This document shows, one piece after another, positions 50,579 through 60,799 of a DNA stretch of 64,000 nt. The notes beneath the pieces were generated by a model. That model saw only the letters and a program-made list of their open reading frames with translations, had not been told where the DNA came from and searched no databases. The translations under genes and the position numbers were made by a program. This DNA comes from an uncultured Candidatus Saccharibacteria bacterium (lineage in GTDB: Bacteria > Patescibacteriota > Saccharimonadia > Saccharimonadales > AWTP1-31): positions 118,357-182,356 of the forward strand of contig CAZVTA010000001.1 of NCBI GenBank assembly GCA_964629815.1, in the 5' to 3' direction. Numbering within the stretch: position 1 is the stretch's first letter; each line of letters begins with the position of its first letter.

Positions 50579-50613
50579 ATGTTTTTATTGGTGCGAACCA
50601 TGTTAAGACACGG

Positions 50614-50835
50614 TTATTCTAGCTGTCTGTTGCGGTTTTGTAGCGATTGCTTTATTAATTGTGCAGCGTACGTTAAGAATACGTTCTCGAGGCGTTCTGC
50701 TACAGGTACGCTCGCTAAGCGATGTCTGGCGGCTTCTTGTTCTCTGCTTAGAGCCGAGTCATAGACTTCAAGAGCGTGATCATCATCATCTGTCCACGGG
50801 TATAAAAATGGGGTTTCTATTTCATGCAAAGACAT
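50614..50835 (-). CDS. small hypothetical protein
   Basis: Starts 2 nt after the helicase stop. Confidence 0.45.
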   Translation of the reverse strand: MSLHEIETPFLYPWTDDDDHALEVYDSALSREQEAARHRLASVPVAERLENVFLTYAAQLIKQSLQNRNRQLE

Positions 50836-50837
50836 AG

Positions 50838-53800
50838 CTATAATTTCTTAGAGATTAATGCAGACTCAAAATCAATTATTCCCCGTAATGAGGCAGGAAA
50901 TGCGTCAATATCAGGGAGTGATAGCTTTTGAATGTGTTCCCACACGGCTTGTATTAGTTTTTTAATTTCTGTTTCTTCCTGGGGATCGAATGTGAGTAGC
51001 AGCTCGGAAATACTTCCTTCCTCGTTGGGTTCAACAAAAAGCAGGCGAGCACCAGTTACCCGGTATCCCTTAAAGGAATGAGAATTTTCTACCAGTAATT
51101 TATAACAATACAATTGCTGGCGGTATTTATGGAGTTTCGCATCTGGTTTCCATGTGGTATATGACGTTCCAGTTTTATAGTCGATGATCTCGATTGTACG
51201 AGCGGCTTTGTCTACGATGAGTAAGTCAATTTTACCGGTCATGTGAGCATCGTCAATAAAGACGCCTTCATTTTTGAAGTTGTGCTCTGCTACATTGTCG
51301 GCAGAAAAAAGTGACTGGTGGCTGGAAAATAATGTTTCTAATGCCTGTTTTCCGCGTGTTAATAACAGCTGTGTTTCGTGCTCAGGTAAAAGATTGGTAG
51401 TGAGTTGTTTTTCGAAATATCGAACAACATCTTTGGCCGAAGGCGCGTTCTTGTGTGTAGTGGCGTACTTTTGCGCCCACTCTAATGCGCTATGGGTACA
51501 GCTACCAAAGATGCTTGCCGTTGATGGTGCGACCGGAAATCGTAGTAGCGTATACAAAAAGAATGATTGGGGTCCGCCATAAAGAAGATCGGTAAATGTG
51601 TTTAAGTGAGTTGGACTAAGCTGATAAGTGTGTAGGTGCTCTGCTACGAGTTCTCGGAGAGTCGTGTTAGTGAGCGAGTTGGTATGTGTGTCGTGCCAGT
51701 CATGGAGTATATCTTGAATGCGCGGCATTGGCTCATTACTTGGTTGGTGAACTTTTCTTGAATCCTCAGGAAGTAAGGGTGTGAGAATATGCCCATCGTT
51801 GTCTGTTTTTTCTTGAAGATAGCTAAGTGGTTTTGTCGGTTTGCCGTTCAATGACTCGGCGTGGCTCGTAAGGTACAGCGCATGCTTGGCACGCGTTATG
51901 GCAACAAATAGTAAGCGTAGTCGTTCATCGGTTGTTGTGCCAGCAGGACGGATGTATTGCATGTTGGGGGGCAAAGTCAGGCGATTAGATTGCGAACGTG
52001 AGCTTTCTCCCCACACATCATCATGGCAAAATGGTAAAAATACATAGGCAAATTCCATGCCTTTAGCCTTGAAGACTGTCATGAGCTGTACTGAATCGGT
52101 GCGTTGTTGGTAGGGGCTTGTGTTGGTAATTGACTGCCCTGCTGCAATGTGCGTGTCATAAAACTCTACAAAATCACGAACATAGAGTAACTGTTGCCGA
52201 AATTTCTGATGATCGCGCATTTTTTGCCGAATGATCGTTAAGTGTGTTACCGCGTCGTAAAACTCATGGGCGTGCTGGTTTTTATGGATGTCTTTGTCTA
52301 GGTAGTATGCTCGAAATGGTGAAGTATATGTAGTATCACTTGCCGTATGTATGGTCACGGGTTCTAGACCAATTATTTGGTCGAGTATTGTTTCGAGTGA
52401 ATGGAGCTGTGCATTTTTCGACAGCGCAAGCAAAAATGCAGCGGTATTTTTTGTTTCTTCGTGTGCAAGCGCCGCAACGCCCCAATTACTGTTTTTGGTT
52501 GCAACCTGCCAGTTTATCTGCCAAATTGCTTGGGGTGATATATTCCAAAAATCAAAACTTAACACCTCTGGCCATAGTGCGCTTGCTTCAGGAATACGAT
52601 TTTCGCTGACCGCATTAATAAGTTTAGTTATTTTATATAAAACCTGAGTTAATGGGTGGTGTAAGATGTTTTCGCGACGTTCGTAGGCAACCGGAATATC
52701 CTTTTCTATGAGATACGGAACGAGTGCCTCGAGATATTTATGCTTTGGTGCCAACACCGCTATTTCACTTGCGGGCACGCCCGTGTCAACAAGTCGTTTG
52801 ATTGATGCTGCAATCCAACTGTATTCTCCGATATGCCCCCTAAATTCATGACGTTCTATTTGCGCGTTATTAGGCAACTGTTTTGAGGCGGCTTCAAGAG
52901 TTTTTTCGATATGTTCGAACGAATGGTGAAGTCTTGTCTGTATTTGGTTTGCGATATTGTGCGCGACATGAAGGATGTGCGCATGCGAGCGGTAGTTTAG
53001 GGTGAGATTTATAACGGATGTTTCCTTATAGGCGCTGTAAAATGAGCGCATATTAGAAACCTCTGCTCCTTGAAAAGCATAAATTGCTTGATCGTCATCG
53101 CCTACTGCAAGTATGTTCGGACTGCCTTCGCTCACCGGATTATTGGTAAGCAGATGCACGAGCTCAAGCTGTGCTTGGTTGGTGTCCTGAAATTCATCGA
53201 GTAATAAGTAAAGGTATTGCTCTTGTAGTGAATAACGTAAGTCAGCGTTGTTTTTTAGTGCGTCAACGACAGTTATTATCATGTCATCAAAGTCGTATAG
53301 TCCTCGGTTTTTTAGTGCTTGTTGATATGCACTAAAAACGTCAGCCAAAGCATGGAGTCGTTTTGTGGAAAGACTTGTGTTGATGACGAGTGCGTTATTC
53401 TTATCCTTGGCGAGCCAGCTATTCTTCCATCTTGTAAGGTGCGTGGTTTTGCCTGTCTCTTGAGCTAATTCAATCGCGTGCGAAAGATCGGCTACAAACA
53501 ACTGCAGCAACGTTGGTGGGTTGGTGGAGTTTGATGTATTGCTCGAACTGTCGTGTAAGAGGGCCAGAAATCCGCTCGAAAGTGCTGTGTCAACTTTGCT
53601 TGACATACGCGTAAATGAGCCAAGGTGTTTGTTTAGTAGTGCATTTAAGCGGGTTTCGTCTTGCGCGTTTTTGTCTGCAACGCTGCGGATTTGTCGAGGC
53701 GTTAGCAGGGCTCGTTTTATATCGCTTATTGTAGATATTAGATCGTGCAAATGGTACTGTGTTTGCTTGAGGGGGTTGCGGTAGTCTAGTTGCGCGATAA

Positions 53801-54179
53801 TTGTTTCAAGTAATGCAAATTTTCCGATATCGTCTATGGGCTGTTCTGCTCGAAAATCTTCAAAGTATTCAGGATAGCGACGTATTATCTCTCCGCCAAG
53901 GGCATGATATGTGTAGATGTTGATACTATAGGCGTCTTGACCGATAAATCGTGCCAAGCGAGTTCGCATTGTGGCGGCTGCACTTTCAGTAAATGTAAGA
54001 CATAAAATGTTTTGTGGAAGTGTGTCTGTTTTCTGCAAGATGTTAACAATGCGTAAACTGAGCAGTTGAGTTTTTCCTGTACCAGGGCCGGCAATCACAA
54101 GTACAGGTCCTTCTATAGTGTCGACAGCAGCTCGCTGTTCGTGATTCAGTTGTTTGTAATATTTCCCAAAATCTTCCAT
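50838..54179 (-). CDS. UvrD/PcrA-family helicase fused to C-terminal PD-(D/E)xK nuclease
   Basis: AGPGTGKT, DEFQD, GDDDQAIY.FQGA, NYRS, AKGMEF, VAITRAK; GKID....IIDYKTG, QL..Y; start at MEDFGK. Confidence 0.92.
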   Translation of the reverse strand: MEDFGKYYKQLNHEQRAAVDTIEGPVLVIAGPGTGKTQLLSLRIVNILQKTDTLPQNILCLTFTESAAATMRTRLARFIGQDAYSINIYTYHALGGEIIRRYPEYFEDFRAEQPIDDIGKFALLETIIAQLDYRNPLKQTQYHLHDLISTISDIKRALLTPRQIRSVADKNAQDETRLNALLNKHLGSFTRMSSKVDTALSSGFLALLHDSSSNTSNSTNPPTLLQLFVADLSHAIELAQETGKTTHLTRWKNSWLAKDKNNALVINTSLSTKRLHALADVFSAYQQALKNRGLYDFDDMIITVVDALKNNADLRYSLQEQYLYLLLDEFQDTNQAQLELVHLLTNNPVSEGSPNILAVGDDDQAIYAFQGAEVSNMRSFYSAYKETSVINLTLNYRSHAHILHVAHNIANQIQTRLHHSFEHIEKTLEAASKQLPNNAQIERHEFRGHIGEYSWIAASIKRLVDTGVPASEIAVLAPKHKYLEALVPYLIEKDIPVAYERRENILHHPLTQVLYKITKLINAVSENRIPEASALWPEVLSFDFWNISPQAIWQINWQVATKNSNWGVAALAHEETKNTAAFLLALSKNAQLHSLETILDQIIGLEPVTIHTASDTTYTSPFRAYYLDKDIHKNQHAHEFYDAVTHLTIIRQKMRDHQKFRQQLLYVRDFVEFYDTHIAAGQSITNTSPYQQRTDSVQLMTVFKAKGMEFAYVFLPFCHDDVWGESSRSQSNRLTLPPNMQYIRPAGTTTDERLRLLFVAITRAKHALYLTSHAESLNGKPTKPLSYLQEKTDNDGHILTPLLPEDSRKVHQPSNEPMPRIQDILHDWHDTHTNSLTNTTLRELVAEHLHTYQLSPTHLNTFTDLLYGGPQSFFLYTLLRFPVAPSTASIFGSCTHSALEWAQKYATTHKNAPSAKDVVRYFEKQLTTNLLPEHETQLLLTRGKQALETLFSSHQSLFSADNVAEHNFKNEGVFIDDAHMTGKIDLLIVDKAARTIEIIDYKTGTSYTTWKPDAKLHKYRQQLYCYKLLVENSHSFKGYRVTGARLLFVEPNEEGSISELLLTFDPQEETEIKKLIQAVWEHIQKLSLPDIDAFPASLRGIIDFESALISKKL

Positions 54180-54245
54180 CTGTATACATTGTACCGATTT
54201 TTGAATCAGTTTGCCTGATGAATTAAAATGGTTCACACTATTGGT

Positions 54246-55154
54246 ATGACTGCAAAGCTTACAGCCTCACACAAAAATCGTGTTCGTGCCGAACTAGCAC
54301 AAGCTGGCGTATCTGGCTACGGACTGCTCAAGTTCGCTTCTCGGGCGTTACCGAGTATCATTCACGAAAACGAGCACATTCGTGCTGCAATAACGGGAAG
54401 ATACGAAAATGGCGCAGCTCTATTGGTAGCGACAGACGCGCGCATTGTGTTTGTTGATAAAGGAGTGCTGTATTCGAAAGCCGATGAGATTCGTTACGAA
54501 ATGGTTTCGGGCGTGCGCAGCACTATTCAGGCGTTATTCTCTAGTGTTAATTTACACACCCGTATTAAAGACTATCGACTGAACTATGTTAACCCCAAGG
54601 CCAGTCAGCGCTTTGTCCATTATATTGAACAGCGCCGTGTTGAAATGTCAGAACAAAATGGCATACCTCTATCAGATAGTAAAGTAGTTTCGGTTATTGG
54701 TGAGCAAGAACTCCCCGAAAATCTTTTTGTAATGCCCAATGAAACAAAGCGTTTTCTACTAAGTCACGAGCTGTGTGTACTGAGTACGATAGACAGAAAC
54801 GGATATGTGAATGCTGCACCCGTATACTATTTTCTGAATGACCTAGGATTTATATACGTTGTTTCAAAGTCTCAAACGAACAAAATGCATAATATTATGC
54901 ATAACAAACATATTGCACTAACGGTTGTCGATGAACAAGGACTCAGTGTTGCACAATTACGCGGTATTGGTGAATTAGAGACCAATACTGGCGCCAAACA
55001 GGAAGCGTTTCAGAAAATTGTGCGAGAACGTATGTATAACGGCAAAAAACGTTTGCCGCCAGTTACCGACCTGGACAAGGGCGCTTATGTAATTTTTCGA
55101 ATTACAATTACTGATGCAAAATACACCGACTTTAATAAGATTTCGCGAAAGTAA
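54246..55154 (+). CDS. bacterial PH-like domain fused to pyridoxamine 5'-phosphate oxidase-like domain
   Basis: ENE.I.A.ITG..LLVATD.RIVFVDKG (bPH); LSTIDRNG....PV..S..K..NI..N..IAL (split barrel). Confidence 0.7.
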   Translation: MTAKLTASHKNRVRAELAQAGVSGYGLLKFASRALPSIIHENEHIRAAITGRYENGAALLVATDARIVFVDKGVLYSKADEIRYEMVSGVRSTIQALFSSVNLHTRIKDYRLNYVNPKASQRFVHYIEQRRVEMSEQNGIPLSDSKVVSVIGEQELPENLFVMPNETKRFLLSHELCVLSTIDRNGYVNAAPVYYFLNDLGFIYVVSKSQTNKMHNIMHNKHIALTVVDEQGLSVAQLRGIGELETNTGAKQEAFQKIVRERMYNGKKRLPPVTDLDKGAYVIFRITITDAKYTDFNKISRK

Positions 55155-55223
55155 TACGCATCAAAATGCTTGCGCATTGTCTATGAACGGACTATTCTTT
55201 AGATATAAAATAAGGAGAAGGTT

Positions 55224-55751
55224 GTGAGTCAGTTAGACACAATAGAAAATAAATTTGAAGAAGCGTTTGTAAAGAAGGCGCCGTTTCAGCTTCCGGAAAA
55301 TGCAAAGAAGTGGATTGTTCAGTATAGCCCATATATTGGTCTTGTGCTCGGTATCCTTGGTCTATGGGCTGCGTTATTGTTGTGGCGCGCGGCTCATAGA
55401 GTAAACGAATTAATCGAAGGCCTCGATGCATTTACTCGTGCTTACGGAGTGAATACTGGCGTTGATGAGGCGCGTTTAGGCGTACTTTTTTGGCTTTCTT
55501 TCTTTGCTTTGGTCGCGCAGTCTGCCGTTTCTATAATCGCGTTTCCGGGGCTTAAGGAACGTAGTAAGAAGAGAGGCTGGGATCTGTTATTCTATTCAGC
55601 ATTATTTAGCCTTGTGTACGGTGTATTCAATGCATTTTATGATAAAAGCTTCATGAGTCTCGTGAGCTCCCTCATTGGCTCAGTTATCGGTTTTTACTTC
55701 TTGTTTCAGATTCGCAGTTACTATACTGCCAAAAAGGAAAAAAGCAGCTAG
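55224..55751 (+). CDS. hypothetical four-TM membrane protein
   Basis: TAAGGAG SD, GTG start; P.QLP..AK.WIV..P, YFLFQIRSYY. Confidence 0.7.
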   Translation: MSQLDTIENKFEEAFVKKAPFQLPENAKKWIVQYSPYIGLVLGILGLWAALLLWRAAHRVNELIEGLDAFTRAYGVNTGVDEARLGVLFWLSFFALVAQSAVSIIAFPGLKERSKKRGWDLLFYSALFSLVYGVFNAFYDKSFMSLVSSLIGSVIGFYFLFQIRSYYTAKKEKSS

Positions 55752-55777
55752 CACGTAATTACTTGTATAAAACAATG

Positions 55778-55800
55778 AGCCCCCGCGATTGGGGCTTTTT
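55778..55800 (+). terminator. intrinsic terminator
   Basis: AGCCCC..GGGGCT followed by T-tract. Confidence 0.6.
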
Positions 55801-55810
55801 GTTTTGTGGG

Positions 55811-57004
55811 CTAGAGCGCATGTTTACAGCGAGGACATTGCTCTTCTTGTTGATTACGTTTGATCCATATCTTGATGGCCTTATTCCATCCCATGACGTC
55901 GCTGTAACCAATAAGGTCCGCAAACATTCTTAGCAACGACGCAGGCCACCCGCTGAGCATAATACGACCCCATTCGACTACCGCCCAGCGAGACCCGACG
56001 GGAATAACTGATATCGGCTTAAATGGTTTGTAATCATGGATTTGTTTGCCATGTAGTACTCTTTGTATGTCCTTTGCTACAAATCTACCATTGTGCACGG
56101 CAGTTAGTGCCATTCCGCTATAGTGTGTGGCAGCATTGTCACCAATGACGTACACAGAGCTATCTGTTCGAAGTCGGTCGTCTACGAGAACTCGCCCTCG
56201 TTCATTAAGGGTGAACTCATGTTCGTTAACTTTAAAAAATGGATTATTAATGACGCCTGCCGTCCATATAACAGTTCGACTTGGTATTGTTCGACTATTA
56301 ATGGTGATCGTATCGTGGTTTTGGCTACGCACTGTCGTGTTAGTAAGAATCTTGACTCCCAATTTACGCAAGCGTTTATGAACCTCACGAGATACGTGTT
56401 CGTGTGAATTTGGTAATATTCTGGGCGCTGCCTCTACGAGCTCTATGCTGATTTTGTCACGCCATACACCATGTTTTCGCGCAATTGTGCGAAGATAGCT
56501 TGCTAGTGATGCGGCTAATTCGACGCCTGTCGGCCCTGCTCCAACCACAACATAGTTCTTATCCATGCGATTGTCGTCGAGCAGCTCTTTATGAAGATGT
56601 CGTTGTAGTGCACGTAAGCCCTTTGCAGTTTTAATACTATACGAAAATTGTTCAAGACCTTTAATGCCGAAATATGACGTAACAACTCCTAATGCAATAA
56701 TTGCGAAATCATAATGATAGGTGCCATGTGTTGTATGTAATGTCTTTTCTTTGTGACCGATATGAGTTGCGCGTTCGTATACTACTTGGACATTGGGCTG
56801 ATTTTTGACGATGTCGTGTATTGGAATAAATGATTCGCACTGTCTGTGTCCGGTTGCTGTTCTATACAGCGCAGGACAGTAACGAAAGCTATGTTCGTCG
56901 GTTACGAGGGTAATGCGAATATTTTTTTCGTGGCGCAGTGAGCGGATGAGAGACAGACCGGCAAAACCACCTCCAACAACAACGATGTGCTGTTTGTTGC
57001 TCAT
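55811..57004 (-). CDS. ndh: type II NADH dehydrogenase-like FAD oxidoreductase
   Basis: VVVGGGFAG, VVGAGPTGVELA, WTAGV, IGD; TAATG overlap with upstream gene. Confidence 0.85.
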   Translation of the reverse strand: MSNKQHIVVVGGGFAGLSLIRSLRHEKNIRITLVTDEHSFRYCPALYRTATGHRQCESFIPIHDIVKNQPNVQVVYERATHIGHKEKTLHTTHGTYHYDFAIIALGVVTSYFGIKGLEQFSYSIKTAKGLRALQRHLHKELLDDNRMDKNYVVVGAGPTGVELAASLASYLRTIARKHGVWRDKISIELVEAAPRILPNSHEHVSREVHKRLRKLGVKILTNTTVRSQNHDTITINSRTIPSRTVIWTAGVINNPFFKVNEHEFTLNERGRVLVDDRLRTDSSVYVIGDNAATHYSGMALTAVHNGRFVAKDIQRVLHGKQIHDYKPFKPISVIPVGSRWAVVEWGRIMLSGWPASLLRMFADLIGYSDVMGWNKAIKIWIKRNQQEEQCPRCKHAL

Positions 57005-58659
57005 TAAAATTTCTCCCTTAGGTGATTCATACTGAATTCCCACGAGGCATCGGTCTTTTTGTGAGGATTAAAAATATTCTGTGGATCAAATATGCGCTTA
57101 GTTTCTTTAAAAATCTGAAATGTTTTTTGCCCGTACATTTTTTGAAGCCAAGGTCCTCGGATCATGCCATCGTTGTGTTCACCCGAGAGTGAACCTTTGT
57201 ATGATAAAACAATTGCATTAATTTCTTTCATGGCGGGTTCAAGTTTGGCTTTTTCTTTTTTGTTTTCAATATTCATGAGTGGAATGATATGGAAGTTGCC
57301 GTCTCCCATGTGCCCAGCAATGGTAGCGAGGAGGTTGTACTTTTTAATGATTTTCCGAATTTTAGGCAAGAACTCCGGTAAGTACTTGGGCTGAACAATC
57401 AGGTCGTCCATAAACGGCGCTGTATGCTTATCTTTAATCTTAGAACGAAGTAGATTAAAGCTTTCACGTCGCATGATCCAAAATTTTTTTGCTTTTGCTT
57501 CGTTTTCGTCTTCTTCGAAGAGGGCTTCGTGCTTGTATTTAGCTAAATTATTTCGGGCGGTATGTACTTTTTCTGCGACTTCTTCTGGCGTTTGGCCATT
57601 AAACTCTATCAGTAATACCATTTTAGGCACCCCCCTAAACAGCATTAATGCATCAGGAATTAATTGTAGTCCGAGTTTGAGAAGCCCTGGCCATCCGAGT
57701 TTTTTATGAAAGTAAAAAAAGAGTTTAAAGCTGAGCATAAGGGTGTAGTTATCAAAACCTTCAAAGGTTACGGGTTTTTCTTTCATGACATCGTTAATGA
57801 GGTCACCAAGATCATCGAGCGAACGAAGAAACATTACAAGCGTACCAGAATGCTGAGGAGCCTGAACAAGATCAAAATGGATATCGGTAACAATGCCGAG
57901 TGTTCCTTGTGCGCCACAAATAACTTGGGTCATGTCAAAAATGCCTGTTTCCCTGTTCCATACGTTCCATAGGTGATATCCAGTCGAGTCTTTACTGACA
58001 GGAGGTTTTGCCGCCTGAATATGGTCGTAGTTGTTATCAATCAGTGTGTACAGATTTTTGTAGAGCTTGCCCTCGTAAGTATTTTGCGACATTTTTTGTT
58101 GCAGTTCGTGTTTATTGAGAGGTTTAACGGTATATTCTTTGCCATCGGCGAATATGACACTAAGTTTTTTTACGAAACGTTCTGTTTTGCCAAATTGCAA
58201 TGACTTCTCGCCGCCGGCATTGTTAGAGACCATTCCTCCCACGGTGCATAGATCTCTCGACGCTGGGTAGCTTGGCATAATCGCGTTATGACGCAGGGTG
58301 GCCTTTTCAAAATCGCGGTAGTACGTCCCTGGCTGTACACGAGCACTGGTACGGGATACGGGTCCGATTTTATTCAGATATTTTGCAACATCAATAATGA
58401 TTGATTGGTTGATTGAGCCGCCTGACATGCATGTTCCACCGCTTCGTACGGTTAGCGATAGGTCTGGGTTTGCGGCTTTGCGCGATGCGACGTATTGCAC
58501 TAAACGTTGAATGTCGTTGCTATCTTTCGGCTGCACTACTACAAGGGGCTTGAGCTCAAACATGCTTGCATCATGGCTATAGAACTCTAAGAAGGTGTCT
58601 TCAAAGAGTACGTCGCCACGAACTAGCTTTTGCAGATCTGTATGGAGCTCGGAAATCAT
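57004..58659 (-). CDS. FAD-linked oxidase (D-lactate dehydrogenase/GlcD family, no Fe-S domain)
   Basis: YSHDAS, RSGGT, GGMVSNNAGG, GAQGTLG, GHMGDGNFH, SGEHNDG, FDP..IFNP. Confidence 0.88.
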   Translation of the reverse strand: MISELHTDLQKLVRGDVLFEDTFLEFYSHDASMFELKPLVVVQPKDSNDIQRLVQYVASRKAANPDLSLTVRSGGTCMSGGSINQSIIIDVAKYLNKIGPVSRTSARVQPGTYYRDFEKATLRHNAIMPSYPASRDLCTVGGMVSNNAGGEKSLQFGKTERFVKKLSVIFADGKEYTVKPLNKHELQQKMSQNTYEGKLYKNLYTLIDNNYDHIQAAKPPVSKDSTGYHLWNVWNRETGIFDMTQVICGAQGTLGIVTDIHFDLVQAPQHSGTLVMFLRSLDDLGDLINDVMKEKPVTFEGFDNYTLMLSFKLFFYFHKKLGWPGLLKLGLQLIPDALMLFRGVPKMVLLIEFNGQTPEEVAEKVHTARNNLAKYKHEALFEEDENEAKAKKFWIMRRESFNLLRSKIKDKHTAPFMDDLIVQPKYLPEFLPKIRKIIKKYNLLATIAGHMGDGNFHIIPLMNIENKKEKAKLEPAMKEINAIVLSYKGSLSGEHNDGMIRGPWLQKMYGQKTFQIFKETKRIFDPQNIFNPHKKTDASWEFSMNHLREKF

Positions 58660-58668
58660 TGTTCGTTG

Positions 58669-59208
58669 CTACATAATCCAGCGTAAAGATTTTGATATGC
58701 TTTGTTTATGCCACCATGCCCGTAATCCAAGCCTTTGCTCGCTGTCAAAGGCGGCGATTGCCATAAGTACGGCAATGTATACGATATGATCGTCTACGAT
58801 AGGGTTATTTTCTGGCCACAGCATTGCTGACCACATCATGAGCAATAGTACAGATCCTCCGATTGCTGCAAGACGCACACCGATACCGCTTATCAGTGCG
58901 ATGCCAATAAGGAGGAGTCCCGCCATGAATAACACATCGACAAGTCGGTTACCTGCAAGCCCTTGATAAAAATCAGCCAGCGGGCCTTTAGTCGCAAATT
59001 TCAAAAATCCGGTCGTTGGCGAACCTCCTTCTATCCATGCCTTACTGCACATCGTCTCTATAGCTCCTGTTTTTGCGTCACGACAGGTAGCAAAGCCGAG
59101 TCCAAATAATTTGTCGAAAAATGCCCACAGAAAAATAAAACCAATGCTTATGCGTGCCAACGCAAGATATACCAGACCAAGCGGTCTATTTGTGTTCTTT
59201 TGAGCCAT
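58669..59208 (-). CDS. DoxX / DoxD-like membrane protein
   Basis: RISIGFIFLWAFFDKLFG, GGSPT.GFL, NPIVDDHI.Y. Confidence 0.85.
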   Translation of the reverse strand: MAQKNTNRPLGLVYLALARISIGFIFLWAFFDKLFGLGFATCRDAKTGAIETMCSKAWIEGGSPTTGFLKFATKGPLADFYQGLAGNRLVDVLFMAGLLLIGIALISGIGVRLAAIGGSVLLLMMWSAMLWPENNPIVDDHIVYIAVLMAIAAFDSEQRLGLRAWWHKQSISKSLRWIM

Positions 59209-59271
59209 AACCCACTCCTTTATGCTTATGGTTTTATAGTAGGTTAAAACGGTGATTTTCTCAAGAATAAA

Positions 59272-59817
59272 TTAACGTTTTGGCCGAATAAGTGACCATA
59301 TTATTGCTGCATAAATAATAATGGTTGCTGCATAGAATAAGACTTCTCCATACAGTTCAATTTTGTAGCCTTCGTTAAAGTTCAGCACAAAATATGCAAC
59401 TGTCGTTGCAACATATGCAATTGAGGCGAAAATAGCAGTAGCATATAACGATGCCCGTGTACGTAGAGTGGCTATGGTTCCGAGAGCGAGTATGTATAGA
59501 ATAACTGCCCTGCTTGACATGCCACGCTGGGTGTAAATATTAAAGCTTGCAAAGGCTATATCTGTAAGAGTTAAAAGATATACGAGCTTTCGGTATTGTG
59601 AATCGGTTAGGTTGTTATTATGTGATTTAACCCATGCAAGTGTGGCGATGCTCAGCAAGGCGCCAATAGCGATCCATCGCCACAGTACAGCATTTGGTGT
59701 AATAAGCTTGCCGGCGTCGAACGCTATGATCTGGGCTATGTATATAACAACAAAAATTAAATGAATGCGTGTAACGCGAAGCAAAAGCGGTCTAATGTGT
59801 GAGTGGTATGACGACAT
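59272..59817 (-). CDS. hypothetical integral membrane protein
   Basis: About six TMs. Confidence 0.6.
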   Translation of the reverse strand: MSSYHSHIRPLLLRVTRIHLIFVVIYIAQIIAFDAGKLITPNAVLWRWIAIGALLSIATLAWVKSHNNNLTDSQYRKLVYLLTLTDIAFASFNIYTQRGMSSRAVILYILALGTIATLRTRASLYATAIFASIAYVATTVAYFVLNFNEGYKIELYGEVLFYAATIIIYAAIIWSLIRPKR

Positions 59818-59855
59818 TACCTGTATTCAAGCATCAAGCTTATGCTTGTGTCAAA

Positions 59856-60767
59856 CTATTCGCCTAGATAAACCACGTTTGAAGATGAGGAACTCACAAA
59901 CCCAAGGAGCACGCCATAATTTCCTGTTTCGTTACACGGTGTATCTGTAGGTTGTTGAATGATCTTGCCTTCTTGCGGGAATAAAACAGCTGCCTGTTGG
60001 GGGTCAATATTTGGTGCCTGGTCTTCATCGGTGTTTTGGTATACCTCGTCAAAGTAGGTGCGCTGCATGGTGCTAATAATGCGCTCGATTAGTTCAGACA
60101 TGCCATCAACAGTATGTGCGACCATCTCCCAGCCAGTGCGCGAAGCAAAGCGTTCCATTAATATATTGCGAGCATAATGACTTGCTGCTTGATGCAGTAA
60201 CGCATCGTTGTCCATAATGCGCAAATCTACATTGCCGCCACGTTCTGTAAGTTCGTTGGCGATCTTCTCGTAAAAATCAACCACCTCAGCATGGCCGACA
60301 GGAAATGGGAGCTGTATAGGTGCGAGTGGATGATGAAACTGTTGTTCTATATGTCTAAATACTCGTCTTCCAGCAAATCGCCCCAACTCGTAGACGGCAG
60401 TCATACGCTGTGCAAATATGTCGCTATTCGTCTTATCGATGATAATATTTGGACTTTGAGCTAGTGCTCGAGCGGCTTGTGCTTCTATTTGTTCATGATA
60501 AAAAATTGTATCTTCTGATTTGTATCCAAGCAGATCGATTACATTTTTGCTACCTGTTGCTGCAAGTGTCCCGAGGGCGAACACGTGTGTTCTGTTGGGG
60601 CGAACTTGGGCAAGCTTTGCGGCGGAGGCGGTTTCTTCGGCGATTTCTTGCGAGACGGTGAGCTTTTTTGCGAGAAAATTTTCAATACCAAAATCGCTAC
60701 GAATGCACGCAAGCATACGTTCAATGTCGTCGCCAGTTCGAAAATGTTGCCCAGCAGAAGTATCCAT
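59856..60767 (-). CDS. hypothetical protein
   Basis: 303-aa ORF, no motif recognised. Confidence 0.6.
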   Translation of the reverse strand: MDTSAGQHFRTGDDIERMLACIRSDFGIENFLAKKLTVSQEIAEETASAAKLAQVRPNRTHVFALGTLAATGSKNVIDLLGYKSEDTIFYHEQIEAQAARALAQSPNIIIDKTNSDIFAQRMTAVYELGRFAGRRVFRHIEQQFHHPLAPIQLPFPVGHAEVVDFYEKIANELTERGGNVDLRIMDNDALLHQAASHYARNILMERFASRTGWEMVAHTVDGMSELIERIISTMQRTYFDEVYQNTDEDQAPNIDPQQAAVLFPQEGKIIQQPTDTPCNETGNYGVLLGFVSSSSSNVVYLGE

Positions 60768-60799
60768 GCATTATTTATACAACAAAAAAAGCAATTTGT

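Noticed and set aside
50838-54179. Helicase-nuclease fusion as a novel defence system
   Set aside because: UvrD plus PD-(D/E)xK is a known repair architecture (AddA/AdnAB-like); no defence partners adjacent
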